Numbered from the stretch's first letter, positions 1 to 14,432 are shown. The stretch: DNA of 64,000 nucleotides from Ruditapes philippinarum (GCF_026571515.1 NW_026856914.1:124001-188000); one strand, 5' to 3'. The notes: a model not told the origin generated them from the sequence alone. Numbers and translations: made by a program.

Positions 1-465
1 TACCCACAGCTTGTACAAACAAATGGAAATTTTCAAGAATTTAATTTATATAAATATCATTATGAACAAATAAAGAAATGCCTGCCCCTAAAATTAGAAA
101 CTTTATTATAATAATTCTACCATTTTACAAATGACAATAGCTAAATGTAACAGCCAGCTAAAATGTAACATCCTTGTCTGCAAGGTAAGAGCAGTTGCTG
201 TTCTTAAAGTATAAACTACCTCAATGAAAAGTATAATTCTTTCATCATTCACCACAAGAATGACACCTAATCTTAAAACCACCAAAGTAAAAATATTGGT
301 CTTCGAATTCAATTCTGAATCAGCTTAAAAAATTAAGCAAAAAATAGGGCAGTTGATGGTGTATGGTAGTTGATGGGGTAAAACTTAAAAGTAACAAAAC
401 ATACATGGTTATATTACATTGTTACATAATTGTTAAAATTGAACAACTTTTGAATAGAAACAAAT

Positions 466-702
466 GAGCTGTGTCATGACAAAACCAACATAATGCGTTT
501 GCAACCAGCATGGATCCAGACCAGCCTGCGCATCCCCGCAGTCTGATCAGGATCCATGCTGTTCGCTATCTGAGTTTCTCTACTTGTTATAGGGTTTGTA
601 AGCGAACAGCATGGATCCTGATCAGACTGCGCGGATGCGCAGGCTGGTCTGGATCCATGCTGGTCGCAAACCCATTATGTTGGTTTTGTCATGACACGGC
701 TC
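466..702. mobile_element. Palindromic ~237 bp MITE, Sola-like (copy 1)
   Basis: Near-perfect fold-back with GAGC...GCTC termini. AAAT at 462-465 and 703-706 is a 4-bp TSD. Five more copies occur in the window. Confidence 0.85.
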
Positions 703-762
703 AAATATTGAACTGAGGTTTATTAACTTGAAGATTTTTAAAAAAAATGCCTGCTATTTGAT

Positions 763-1674
763 GAATCCCGGACAATCCCCCTCCCGGACGATTCCCCTTC
801 CATATTATTTTCACAACTCGGACATTTCCCCTCCCATTATTTTAATAGGGCGGACTTTTCCCCTTCCGTTAATTTAGCAGAGCGGACAATTCCCCTCCCA
901 TTTTTTAGCAGAGCGGACAATTCCCCTCCCGTTTTTTCACATTGCGTATAAGTAAATGTTAAAACAATTCTTATTAAAGATGACAGTTTTTACTCTTAAC
1001 AATAAACTGTTAAAGATCGGAACTTTTAACAATCATTATTTCACAAAAGTGACATTTATTCCGCCTTTTTATCATTTGCCGCCGCTGCTTAAGATAAAAA
1101 AAACTGTCAATAAAAATCTTTAATCATTGCCGCCCTTAGTTAAATGTGTCCTTTGATTGCAAAACCCAATTAAAAATGAAGGAGAATATTCCTACAAATG
1201 TGTTCCAATCATATATTAAAATCAAAAATGATCCACTGATTATTTTGTGTTAGGACTTCATGTACTGATTCAATATGGTGAATATGATTTTCTAATTCAT
1301 TTAATGACGATGATGACAGTTCAACTTACTATAACATGTGCATAATATATTCTTTGCAAGAAACTACAGCTTAATTTTTTTGTTCTTTTATTGTTTTTGC
1401 CGCTGCAAAAATGTATATACCTTTCAAATAAACAGTATTATATAACATATATATTCAATAGCCACGAGAGGGAAATTGCCCGCTCTGACAACAGCGGGAG
1501 GGGAATTGTCCGGGTTGTTAAAAGAACGGAAGGGGAATTGTCCGGGTTGATAAAAGAACGGGAGGGGAATTGTCTGCCGTAAAAAAATAACGGGAGGGGA
1601 AATGTCCGGGTTGTGAAAAAACATTCAAATTTACTGGGAGGGGAATCGTCCGGGAGGGGGATTGTCCGGATACC
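763..1674. mobile_element. Non-autonomous Mutator (MULE)-like TIR element
   Basis: 9-bp TSD CTATTTGAT at 754-762 and 1675-1683. The termini start with G and end with C. Inverted subterminal arrays of CGGACAATTCCCCTCCC-like motifs lie at both ends. Confidence 0.8.
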
Positions 1675-4044
1675 CTATTTGATGTATGTCTAGACTAACA
1701 ACTTGTGTGAAAAAACACAGTTCATATACCCAAAAATATTATGCAAAATGACAAAAAGATGAAAATCGTTGCAAAGCTAATTTCATCCATTTAGTAACTG
1801 AGGCTTAATTAAGCAAAAAATGATCTTCAAATTGACAGTCAAATTGTAAAACATTATTGTATCCTTAACAGTTAAAGTCATTTCTTTTATGTGTAAAACA
1901 TTATGATCTGCCATGAAATAATTTCCAAATTTCAACAAGGGGAATAAATCAAGTTAATATTTCTCTGTCTTCATTCAACTGACCTACATTTTATGGAATA
2001 AGAAAACAAATTGCATAAAAAAAGGCTTAAACCAAAACCAGGGTAAAGGAAAAATTATAATTTTCTATTCCTTGAACACTATCTAGAAACAGACAATTGA
2101 AATACACATAGTTAAAAACATTTCCTTCTCATCAAACAAACATTAAAGTCATAAAAAAACAGGGCTTAAGCTAAATGGGCTGATAATATTACAAGTTGTT
2201 ACAGTAGCCCAATGCCTCTGTCCTCCATATCTTTATTTACTGCCACATTTATCTACATCATGTTGACTTTCTGATAACCTGCAAGCTTTCATCTCAAACT
2301 GACTAAACAAGCTGCTGCTTGACATAGATTTGGGCAAAAATAACCTCCGATAAAATACGCTGAACATGTGCCTATTTAAGCTTGATGACAGAGTCAAAGA
2401 AATGACCTGAAAAGGTCACAATCACCTGGACATGTTGTTTAAATGCACAGAATACCTCAGAAACAAATAACCTTTTGCTTCTTTAGAAAGGGTGAATCTT
2501 TAGAAAAGGCAAACATGAGGTAAATAATGGTTTAAGAGCATGTAAGAAGCTATTATCATTTAAAGAAAGTAGCAATGATTGTGAAATCAACAAAGAAGTA
2601 TTTTGACTTCCATAAGTATAAAAACGAAAACCATAACTTAAGCACAGAAGCCCATTAAGACAGTTTAGGTTTAAAGCTAAAGTGAACCAATGAGGAATCA
2701 AAATGTGATATCAAAAATTTAAAAGCTTCTTAAACATGAAAAAAAAAGCTTGTTGGACATAATGGCCTTAAAAAGAAAACACCTTAAACCACCGAGGTTA
2801 CCTTTAGAAAATTTAAGTATTATTACTACAAGTTAATGTAGTCTTTAACCATTTAGCGCCTGCTCAGGTATGGTATAAATATGTAAAGTTGGGGGGGGAG
2901 GGGGCCCTGGGCTGTCTCTCAGTCAGTGTTAATGCCCTTTCTCACAAGTTATAAAACACTTCTTTCACCAATTTTAAAACATGAAAGAGGTTACGATCTT
3001 CAAATATAATTCACTTTTTATTAGCCTATGATTTGAGTTTTATATATCACCATTAAGGTAGGTCACATGAAATAAAAAATATTTGTTAATATTATAATTA
3101 TATAAAAAGAATGTATAAATTGTGTCTTAATTGACTAAATTGCATGATGATAATCACAATTAAATGCTGTTATATACAAAATCTTCAAGTTATTTGTTTA
3201 CAAGTAACACCAAACGTCATCTCTCAAACCACAAAGTTTTAATCTTTTGCAAAAGTTGAAACATTTTTTTGTTGTTGCCAACACCTTTTTGTGTAATTTC
3301 ATGTCAAATTTCTAAATTAACATTATAAACCCCACATACATTTTAACTTAAGTCGTCCTACCCAACAAAACAGCCCAACTGGAAAAAATTGTTCACCCAC
3401 TGTGACTTAAATACCCAAGCAACGGCTGAAAAACTGCCGAAATACAAAATTGTTTAAAATCTAAAAAAAAAGTGAAACGTGCTAAAAGCATGAAGAAGAA
3501 ACGTGAGATTATCAGTCAATGGGTTATAAAGATTAAAATTTAAAGAGGAGAGAAATCGAGAAAGTAACAGTTAGCTATAAACTTGTCAATCTTTTTGATA
3601 AGTATGAAAAGTATAATCTAAGTTAAATATTATGATAAATCCAATGCCTTTTCATCTTTAATATCTCCTGTCCATTGAATCAAAGTGCTTATAAATATTT
3701 CTCAAATATTTCTGTCAACATGGTGAGAAAAGTAAGACAAACTTTGATCTTCAGACAGCCTATCAAAATGCCATCAGCTCTACAACACAAAGATGAAGGA
3801 AAAAACTAACAACATTTTAAGAAAAACTCTCACTCAGATTATAAGCCATTATAAATAGGACATTATCTCAACAATGAAATTTGTTCAATTGGAAAAGTCC
3901 AATATCAGACTAACATGTCAAGAGCATTGAAAAATCTAGATACCTGATTTTAAATATATATAATAGCATATTAATTGAAAATATCTGCAGGTCCAACATC
4001 TGTAGATATTGTATGTGCTACTTGGGTTGAAGTTTTTATTGTTT

Positions 4045-4273
4045 TGTTTTTTATTAGATTTCATTTCACAGCAATGCAGTATAGGTGATAAGACAATTTT
4101 CTAGCTTTACTGGTGAAGAAAAATGTAAGACGCCCCTCTGTGTCTTATTTCAGGCACAAAAAGGCACCCAAGTAAAACCAGTGACATACTAAACGCTAGC
4201 TGAATAGCTTTCTCTCATGAAAGAATCTGAGGGCACTTGCGCAGCTCGAACCTACAGTGGGAGGCAAGTGGTT
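4045..4273 (-). mobile_element. Degenerate tRNA-derived SINE
   Basis: B-box-like GTTCGAG on the minus strand. Shares blocks (GCCCCTCTGTG..TTATTTCA.GCACAAAAAG, GCTG.ATAGCTT..TC..ATGAA) with 9591-9890. T-rich tail on the left. Confidence 0.55.
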
Positions 4274-5358
4274 ATAATAATACTATAATATGTGCCAAAG
4301 TTATGGACCACAAACAGCGCTTAAAAATCACATTTAAGTATGCAAATCAGTAATTTCAATCAATGACCTGCTGTGACCTTCACCTTTGACATTGAGGGCC
4401 TGGGTGTTGCAAACATGACACAGCATCTATTTTTGTGGCTGTATGACCTGGTTTGTGTTGCAATCCCATCATGCATGAAGAATTAATAACTGGACATAAA
4501 CTAAACTATCAAGAAAATATGATAAATAATAAAATATAATAGGTTTTTAGCACCTTCAGTGACCTTGACCTTTGAGCTAGAGCCCTGGCTTGATCTTGCA
4601 TATAACATATCATCTACTTATAATGGTCATGTCAACCAATTTTCATTTTGAAATCCTATCATGCATACAGAATACATGACAAATACACCTTGTCCATTCC
4701 CTAATTGTGATAAGTTAATGAGCTTTAAAGTTTATAGCAACCTCTAAGACAAGACACATGGTGTTCTTATCGTGGTTCAGGTTGTGTGAATTTATTTTGA
4801 GAATACCATCACACATGCAATATTATGAACCGGACACAAAGTATATATACATTTTCAAACGCCTACAAATAGTATAATATCTTAATATTATTATATGGCT
4901 ATTCACTGTGGACAGACAGGAGTTACACTATATATCCCCTCATCCCCACCCCATCCCCACCGTCCCCACCCATTTTATTATAAAGGCATGAAGTCCCATA
5001 CCATCATTTCAAAAGTACAACATCTCACTGATCATGTTTGAATACTTTATCTTGGGTATATTTCCTTAAGTAGGAAGAAAGCCCTTCAGACAAAGGAAAT
5101 GTAAACAGTGTGAAGTTCATTGTTCAGAGGACTTCAAACCACCTGTCCACCTCTTTACTGGAACCAAATCAAAACCTGGTGTAAATTAGATAATTGAGAC
5201 ACATTTTTAAAAGACACCAATATCTTTTTAATTATTCCCTGCATAAATCTATCAGGTTTTGAACATTTAAATTAAGTTTGTATGTTTGTTTTTTCTTTTG
5301 TTTCTTATCACATAAATTTGTAAGTCTTATCTCGGTCAGGTCTTTCCAGTCCGAATTT

Positions 5359-5625
5359 GCTGGATAACTAACCAGTTACATTACCGGTTTCCCTGGATAA
5401 CTAACCAGTTACATTACCGGTTTCCCTGGATAACTAACCAGTTACATTACCGGTTTCCCTGGATAACTAACCAGTTACATTACCAGTTTTCCTGGATAAC
5501 TAACCAGTTACATTACCAGTTTTGCTGGATAACTAACCAGTTACATTACATGTTTCCCTGGATAACTAACCAGTTACATTACCAGTTTTCGTGGATTATA
5601 ACTAAACCAGAGTTACATTACCAAT
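5359..5625. repeat. 33-bp minisatellite, ~8 copies
   Basis: Unit GGATAACTAACCAGTTACATTACCGGTTTCCCT starts at 5362, 5395, 5428, 5461, 5494, 5527 and 5560, plus one degenerate copy. Confidence 0.95.
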
Positions 5626-6480
5626 TTCTTGCAAGTAATACTGCTAACTTCTATTTAAATTATTAACCATTTTGAAACTGTGAGATAACTTAATGGGGTA
5701 ATATCCGTACCATACTTAGATCTGTTCTTAATTGGCTTTCCTTTTTTGTTGCTTTTCTATATTAAAACGGAGGAATCAATAACAAACAAATCTTATAAGT
5801 TCATCGTGGCTTATACACGATTCTGTCTGTCTACGGAGACTTTAAGAGAAGATATATGCACTTAAATAAAGACAATTTAAGAGCTCTCCTACAACAATAT
5901 TATCTATTAACCATATACGTTTAAAGCATTCCTTATAAATCAATTCATTCATTCTATTTTGTACGTAGAGTGATAATCGCTCCCTCGCCTGGCAACTAAT
6001 CCTACAGATTTCTTTTACGATCATTATAGCTAGTTTGCGTTCTTATCAATAAATGTCCTTTTACGTTCTTTTTTTGCCCCGTTGATCCTTTAAACAGAAT
6101 ATTGTGCATGTCGGTAGTCAGGTAGCAAAATTTGGGTAAACAATTTTGATTGCCTTAATCTCCGACAACATGGGAATTTTGATATGATGGGAATTGTCAA
6201 TTGTCACATCGGAGAGGTATTCTTTTCTGTATTTATTCTCACTAAGGTGTTGTCACTCATTCCTGTCAATTTACAACTTGGCTAAATGATTTTTTCCCGT
6301 CTTCCATCAGCACAATATTGTAATTTATCATACTTGGCATTCAGGTATTCAATACCCCCTGGAATCAAGAACTGTTGGAAGTTGAAATAATCTTACTTTT
6401 TTTTCAAATTTGTCTTAAAGTCTGATAATGATCATCAGGCCATCACTGTCTTAAAAACTTTCAAAACTCATAGTTTCTAA

Positions 6481-6969
6481 TAGGGCTGGGGCGAGTATCT
6501 GAGTGCTCGGATAATCACAAATCAAAGTGAAAAATCGAGTTTGAATATTCGTAAGCCCAGAGATCGTGGATCGCGATCTAATATTTTTTTATATACATTC
6601 ACTGTTTCTCACACTTTTAAAATTGAGAAAATACGATTTGAGTATAAATTATATGAAGTTAACCTAATTACAATTTGCCGGTTAAAGACCATGTACCATG
6701 ATGCTGAGCTAGGAAGTAATTGGTTTCAAAAAACAAAACAAAAATACTCATCCAAAGAATAAAAACATAAACCTAGTTTATATTTTATATGTTAATGTTG
6801 AGTATTGTTGTTGTTTTTTTTTTTTTTTAAATAAACATGTTTTTATAACTAATGTATATGTTTTTATGGGTGTCTTGATAACAAAAGATTTGTGGTTCGA
6901 TTTGTGAATCGTAAGTGCTGAATCGTGGTTCGGATCGGATCGTCACTTATCCGACGATCCACACCCCTA
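6481..6969. mobile_element. hAT-like MITE
   Basis: TAGGG...CCCTA termini with a perfect 8-bp TSD GTTTCTAA at 6473-6480 and 6970-6977. Confidence 0.8.
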
Positions 6970-8059
6970 GTTTCTAAAGGCACATTAAGTCTCAAAAAAC
7001 AATAATTTGGTATTTCTTTAGAATGTTAAAACACCTGTGTTTAATAATGTTTAACTAAAGGATCCGATTTAGAGCATATTAGGTTAAACTTAAACAACTG
7101 AAAAAGGAACCACAGAACATGCAGAAATATCGTCACAAAGGAAGCACAATGTAAACAAAGAAGTATTTTGACTTTGTTACAGAATAAACTAAATCACTAG
7201 AGCTATATACCAACTGGCAATGAGCAAAAGCAAAAGATAGTTCATCTATATGGCCAATGAGTAATTGTTTTGGAGATTGTAACACTTGAAGGTACCAAAA
7301 ATATTATGTTTTTTAAGAAGGTATAAAAATGATAGAATTTTGGGAGCTCAATGAATGTTGAACATTTTTGCCAACTTATTTTAAAATCTATCAATGCACA
7401 TACATTGTAGAAGTTTTACTGTGGACAAGCATTTCCCTTTGACCTGTAAGAGTGCCCAATTACCTAGAGACCCGCTTCATGCCTGCAACACAACATCTCA
7501 TGATGGAAAGCATTCATGTCACATTAAACTTAAATCCCTAAATGCAAGTAGAAGATAGGCTGCAGACAATTAAAGCTGGAAGCTGCCTTGATGCTGCTTA
7601 TAGTCCCATTTTATTTTTTAAATAAAAATTTCAATTCCTCAAAAAACAAACTTCCCCTGACCTTATGGCAATTATTGACTACTACCTGCAAATTTAGGTT
7701 TTCTAAATGTATTGCATTTGCATCTGCAAAGGACATGACCAGAAAGATATTTCAAATTCAATAATTTTGTCACTGGTATCTGCCATGCACTAGAAGGATC
7801 TTAGTTAATTTAATTTTGTATGACAGAATGTAAATATAGAGACTCATGCAGACATTATATAAAATGTCACAAAATCAACAATATTTTGCTGAATCATTAT
7901 AACTTATAAGGTGTATTATCTTACAGAAACATTATTGCAGCAATGAAAGCAAAAAAATTGACTAGAAATGTGTACATAACACTGATTGATGACCTTCTAT
8001 ATCACTCGGACAATTCTCAAAGCAATGCCTTAATTAGGAAAAGAAGAAACAATTTTTTC

Positions 8060-8348
8060 TCTTAACTTCGCTGACTAATTTGCCTGAAAAGCGGCGCGCA
8101 GAATTGGTGTCCATGGATAGTGACAATAAATTAAACAAAGTTAAATATCAATAAAAAATTTCATTTAATAAACGAAGATGCCAAGATATTTTGACCTCTT
8201 TCTGGCAGTTTACATGGAATACAAGTGCCATTAATAATGTGTTAATCGGTTCCTTTATAATGGTTATATACTTCACAATATTAAACTTTTAAATACATTT
8301 TCAAAATATTCATGAAAATTAACATGAATCTGGAGGCGTGCTGCTTTA
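8060..8348. mobile_element. Partial Kolobok-like MITE (same family as 13261-13596)
   Basis: Ends in ATCTGGAGGCGTGCTGCT|TTAA. Positions ~8290-8344 are the reverse complement of the left end of the 13261 element. The left boundary is uncertain. Confidence 0.5.
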
Positions 8349-9065
8349 AATAAGCTCTCTCCACCAAAAAAAGAAGAAGAAAAAAGATAACCATAATTTT
8401 AGATACTGAAGAATTTCTGTACACTTGTGATTACCAGGATCATACAAAGATATTTTCTGCGGGAGTTAATTATAAATAGAAAAGCCTCAATAAGCCGTCT
8501 CATTTCCATATAAAGATTGAGGCTAAGATTAGCACAGTGTTCTGACTATTGGGAATGGGAAAATTTCTGGGACATTTGTTTTAATTCTGTTATATCTTAT
8601 ATATCAACAAGGAACAATCATTTGAAAACACAACTGATACATAATTTAAAGGCAATGAGGAAGGGTTGGGTTCACTAATCAATTTACATCTGCTCAAACT
8701 AATTACAAAACTCATATTCCTTATGTCTGCCTTGGGACTGATAATATGTTTTAATTTACTCAAATCCTCTAAAATATAGGCTAAAAACACAAAGCTTTAT
8801 CACATAAAAGAAACCAGTCTTAATTATTTATAATACCAAATCCAAAATGATTCCCAAGAAAAATGGATCCTATGAGCTTTTTGAAATTCAATGTGTAAAC
8901 AAAATCATACATTTTTGTATTCAAATAAAATCCATCTTTATCTCCATGCAGTATTGAGCATACATGACTAGTTTTATTTCAATCATAAAAGCCATATATA
9001 TATAAGCCCATGATGACATGATATTAGCATAATACAAGACATGTCGACATATACTAAACATAAAT

Positions 9066-9246
9066 GAGCATCCGCGCAGTCTGATCAGGATCCATGCTGT
9101 TCGCTTACCAACTCCATTACAAGTAGAGAAGTAGAGAAATTGATAGTGAACAGCATGGATCCTGATCAGACTGCGCGGATGCGCAGGCTGGTCTGGATCC
9201 ATGCTGGTGGCAAACCTATTATGTTGGTTTTGTCATGACGTGGCTC
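9066..9246. mobile_element. Sola-like palindromic MITE (copy 2, left arm internally deleted, spacer inverted)
   Basis: AAAT TSD on both sides. GAGC is joined directly to the internal ATCCGCGCAGTC sequence. Confidence 0.8.
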
Positions 9247-9590
9247 AAATATGGATTACTAATAACAGACCAATTGATGACAATATCGGAGAAGGTCATA
9301 AGAACAAACTCTTCAAGTATAAATACATTAATGTTGTGTTTAACTTACATTTATATGCATAGTAAGTAATTCATTTGATATAAATGTAAACAAAAACATA
9401 TACTTGATAAATGTTTTAAGTTTTAAACCTACATGTATGTGACATTACATATATTTACAACACACAGAAACAAATAATAGTTTTAATATATACTGAATAT
9501 ATCCACTATTCTTGCCATATTATAAGACAAGAAACAAAGATACAATTTATAAAATACTAACAAGATATCTCGATACAGTATCAGTTGGAC

Positions 9591-9890
9591 GTTTGGTTGG
9601 TTGGGTCATGTTTTAAGTCAAGTCAATACTGTTAAGGTCATTATTGGGAGCTTCCAGCGTTACTGAAGACTGAAGGAGAAAGACCGCAGAGGCCCCTCTG
9701 TGCATTATTTCACGCACAAAAAGATGTCTAAGTAATATAGTCCCAATAATGTTCCATAAATAAGCTGGATAGCTTCCTCACATGAATGAATCCATTTAAG
9801 TCCCTAAAGGGATTTGAACTCACAGCTGTACGGGTAAGTGGTTTGAAGTCAACAGTCAGTATGAGTGCTCTCTCGGACAACCAGGACTCT
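9591..9890 (-). mobile_element. Degenerate tRNA-derived SINE
   Basis: B-box-like GAGTTCAAATCCC on the minus strand, a (TTGG)n tail, and homology to 4045-4273. Confidence 0.55.
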
Positions 9891-11662
9891 AAGAAAGAAC
9901 ATAGTGCACCATTCCTACTATACAATATGTGCAAAGGTTCATGCATGCTGACAGTGACTGTTTTTTTTTCCCATTATTGTGAAAATCTTCACATCTTGTT
10001 CTGTTTGACAAAAAGTGGATTGACTGACACTTGTATGCAAATGAAGCATGTCTGGGCAGCATGCAGCTTAGTTGTTCACAGTGTATTGGTCAAAACATTA
10101 ACATTCCCCTACCCTATAATTCCTTATACCTAAAAATCACGCTATTATATTGTACTTAATGATATGTTTGCTTTTAACACCTTGTAGAATATTTCGTGAG
10201 ACTTAAAAAACCATTTTGTCTGCCCATTTAAAACTAATAAAGTACCAAAGACATTGTAGAAAGAGGAAAATTACTGGATCCTATAATTTCATACGCTTTC
10301 TAAAGCTTCAAAGGGCAAATTCGATAGCCAATAACACCCCACACACAATAGAATACTAATGAATTCTCTCCTTAAGTAAATTTAAAACAGGCTCTTAAAG
10401 ACTTTATAAATCCCAAGTGACTACAAACGCCAACAATTTCTTGAATAGAAAACGTATCGAACAAATATTAGCATTTTAGAACGATAATGGACACATTTTT
10501 TTCTTTAACAGTATGGTAATAAAACCAGAGGGGTAAATTAGACTAGATAAAAGCACCTTTCCCCCAAAATTAAGGTTAAATAAATAAGAACATTTAAAGA
10601 CCTCCACCAAATCAAGTCAATCAAAATCGGTAGTTTCAGCAGCTAATGTTTACGTATGCCTTGAAAATGACAAAGAAAACCCCAAACAACATTCCTGTTT
10701 TAACAATTTATATAATACAAGCTGTTTTTAACAATTTAAACAAGAGCTGTCTGTAAGTCAGTACACTCCAGTAATATCAGTGCTTGTCAGAGGAATAAGG
10801 GGGATAGCTTTGTAAAAAGGAAACTCAGAGTTATGGAACCTGTGCCCATTATGTTAGAGTATAACAAAGAACAAGTGTGTTTCACATATTTTTTTGCAAT
10901 TTCAGATCAATTACCGGGGGACAAAAATGAAAAACGAGCCATGCCATTTGAGAACCCACTCACACTTTCAATAATGGAGCTAAAACTGCTTGAAGTATTG
11001 AAGAATTACTGTGATTCAACAAGATCTTCATGATGGACCCAGAATACCTGAAATCCATCAATTGGCTTTCTCAAATAAATACAAGTTTGAAAACTAGACA
11101 TAAAGTCAGTTTCATATATGAATCTATAAATGTAAATCATTTAGAGACCCATGAAAAGAAGCCAATTTTAATCAGAAGGTCAAGATTTGATTTGTTCGAC
11201 AGTATAGGTTATACAGCGACTTTCCAGATTTACTGGTACAGGAAGACCACATGAAAGTTGCTGATGGACCCATGGCGGTGAGAGGTAAGGTACCCCCTGT
11301 CATGATTTGAAACAAAGTTTGTAGTTGGCCACTAGACAATGCTTCACAAGAAATAACAAAGCTTAAAGGCTTGCACTTTAGGAAAATAAGATACTTAAAG
11401 ATCACGGGTTTCAAATTTCAATTCTAGGAATTTTTTCTGCCAAGTTTCATCAAATTTAGATTTTGTGGTTTCAGAGATACCATTTAAATTCAAATGGTGG
11501 ACAATAACCACAGACAGTTAACTATCCTAATAGCTAACACTGTAAGTCACTTAATAACAAGTGACATTAATTATAAAGTTGTTGAATACTTCCATTGAAA
11601 TTTCTTATATTTTCATCTGGAAAAAACAAACTTGAATATCAGTTTATAATAAAACAACATAC

Positions 11663-12012
11663 CTTAACTTTTCATGAAGTCTCGCTCTTGTTATATAACA
11701 CAAACACAACATAGAAAATTATATGGTCCAGGAAGGAAGATAATTCACAGTGAGATCCGAGATAACTGGTTTTTCACAGAATGCGATGATATATTTACAT
11801 CACAGTCAAGTTGCATTCAATTACAATAAAATATGCATGATCTGTTTTATCAAAGGACCAATCATGCAATCTGGTTGTTTCTATGATGCCTTCCTTAAGT
11901 TCCTCCGAACATTACAGAACATGACGTATGTACGTTTTCCCCTCATTTAAACTCACTTGAACTCATATGTCATCCTTGCCCAAGTGTTCAGATAAATCTC
12001 TCTAATACCTTC
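11663..12012 (-). other. Candidate host-gene exon on the minus strand
   Basis: Strong acceptor TTTCTCTCTTTTACAG at 12013-12028. Two possible donors: CAA|GTGAGT (exon end 11957, reading EGIREIYLNTWARMTYEF) or AAG|GTATGT (exon end 11663). No product recognised. Confidence 0.35.
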
Positions 12013-12258
12013 CTGTAAAAGAGAGAAATTTTAATGAGTTGTTTAAATTACTTACAAAAACAGCTACAAACATAATTATACCAAGTATTTGGGAAAAGAT
12101 AATAGGGAATTTCTTTTATCTATCATGGAATATTGTCAAAGATTCTGTGAACTGTTACTATGTACTTTGATTAAAGGCAATTTCGCTTGAAGACTTAATC
12201 CTATAATAAATATTGTTGAATATTGTCATTTCATTTTTTTGTCAAGCTTCTCTTTCCG

Positions 12259-12414
12259 CAGTCATTGAATTTAAGACTTTGAATTTAATGGCCCAAATTC
12301 CAGTTTTGAATTTATTCTACTACATATTTAACTAAATTTTCTTAAAATTTACACTGGCCCGAACTAATTTTCACTGGCCATGGGCCACCGGGCCAGTGCT
12401 AAATTCGATGACTA
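12259..12414. mobile_element. Small hAT-like MITE remnant
   Basis: Inverted termini CAGTCATTGAATTTA / TAAATTCGATGACT with internal ACTGGCCC motifs. The TSD is not clean. Confidence 0.45.
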
Positions 12415-12831
12415 AACTTTCCATGTGTAATGATGACAAACAACTGCTTCACTACTGTCCAAAGTCTCTAAATTATAAGGACCATGTTTTTTTTTTCAAC
12501 AAGATGTCATGTTGTTGCATGGAATGTTCTTATGTAACAATGGTTGTTTTTTCATTGGCCATGGTCAGTTTTTGACCATGGTATTTCATGTTTGTTCAGT
12601 GACAGTATTTGCACCCTGGAAAATATTTTAGAAAATCAAAATTAAAGAAATACTGTGATATAACTAGGGTAACATTTCACTTAGGTCACCAGAATATAAT
12701 AAGGGCTAAAAAATTATAAGAAACAACCTGCGATTGAAAATTATCTTAATCAGTGTTCTGTTGATCAACTCTGATACCAATCAGAACATAAAGCTAAAAT
12801 CTCCATGTTTGATGTATTAAGAAATATAATT

Positions 12832-13066
12832 GAGCCGAGTCACAACAAAACCAACATAATGGGTTTACGACCAGCATGGATTCAGACCAGCCTGCGCATC
12901 GGTGTAGTCTGATCAGGATCCATGCTGTTCGCTATCAATTTCTCTACTTGTAATAAATTTGGTAAGCGAACAGCATGGATCCTGATCAGACTGCGCGGAT
13001 GCGCAGGCTGGTCTGGATCCATGCTGGTCGCAAACGCACTATGTAGGTTTTGTCATGACGCGGCTC
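12832..13066. mobile_element. Sola-like palindromic MITE (copy 3)
   Basis: Full-length match to 466-702. The flanks AATT/ATTA are an imperfect TSD. Confidence 0.85.
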
Positions 13067-13260
13067 ATTAATATTCTAATTTTTCATCTCTTTAATCTTC
13101 TCATGAAATTATTATCATTTTACAAAATCTACCTTCAAGATAAGCATAACTTATTTATAGAATTGAATCTAATGTGATCATAACAAATTACAGTTTAAAA
13201 TAATAATGTGGTTTTCAACTGATTTCAATGTACCAAATACTAACAGCATGGATTCTTTAA

Positions 13261-13596
13261 AGCAAAACGCCTCCAGATTAATGTTAATTTTCATGAAAAT
13301 TTTGGAAATGTATTTAAAAGTGAAATATTGTGAGGTGAACAAATAAAGTAATTTACATATTGCAATCAGCACTTACAATCCAAGAAATTTACCAAAAAGT
13401 GGTCCACACAGGCAAAAAACTGCCTGTACGGCATTAGTATTACACAGAAAAAATATGGTGATAAAATTTTGCAAAATCAGTTTTAAACTGCACATTACAT
13501 GTAAAATATAATTTGGATCTTCTCTTAAAATTTTAGTACATTCTCTCAATATTGATTTTTCTTGAAATATTTTGGCTCATCTGGAGGCGTGCAGCT
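13261..13596. mobile_element. Kolobok-like MITE
   Basis: TTAA|AGCAAAACGCCTCCAGAT ... ATCTGGAGGCGTGCAGCT|TTAA, i.e. a TTAA TSD with AG...CT termini. Confidence 0.7.
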
Positions 13597-14121
13597 TTAA
13601 TGATTCCCCCCCCTCCTCCCCCCCACCGACAGTTATTAATTATAAAGCAAGTCCTTAATCTTAAATTCTTAGTATTCAGATGCGACATTGAACATAGCAG
13701 AAAAAAAAGGGAAATTTTATCTTTCCCATTGACTTTACCGAGAAAATTTCAAAATTTTCTTCCAGGAAAAATACAGTTGGAAGAAAACAATAATTCTCCA
13801 AGCAACATTAACAGATTGAAGAAGAGGCATACAGGCACACTTTTCTCTGCATTTTCAAGGGTAATGTATCTATATGAAATGAAGCAGAAAATCATAATTA
13901 CTCTGCACTTTCAACATTTGACAGTTTACATTTATTTCCTGTTATCCATGCTTTCTAAGAAAGAAATATCTGCATTTTTTCCCCCTCAGACAAAAAGCTA
14001 CCTCTCCAATAGACTTCATAGGGAAAATTGCATGTCCAGTGTGCTGGGGTTAGACTGGGCAAGTTTTAAGAGCCACCAGTGATGCACTCAAGTATTTTTA
14101 AATTTTGAATAAACATGATTA

Positions 14122-14432
14122 GACACTGACAACAATTTGACAATGGTTAAACACTGACAGCAATCTGACAATGGTCAAATACTGACAAACACTGACAACA
14201 ATTTGACAATGGTTGAACACTAACAACAATCTGGCAATAGGTAAACACTGACAACTATCTTACAACGGTTAAATAGTGACAACAATTTGACAATTGTTAA
14301 ATACCGACAACAATTTGACAACAGTTAAATACTGACAACAGTTAAATACTGACACACACTGACAACAATCTGACAATGGTTAAACACTGACAACAATTTG
14401 ACAATGGTTAATGCTAACAACAATTTAACTTG
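14122..14432. repeat. 28-bp minisatellite, ~11 degenerate copies
   Basis: Unit ACACTGACAACAATTTGACAATGGTTAA. Confidence 0.9.

Noticed and set aside
510-716. Recurrent 'MDPDQPAHPRSLIRIHAV' ORFs (also at 8921-9202, 52538-52983 and 55943-56125)
   Set aside because: They are translations of the palindromic MITE, not genes.
13552-14082. 176-aa ORF
   Set aside because: It starts inside a MITE end, includes a poly-C run, and shows no recognisable domain or exon structure.
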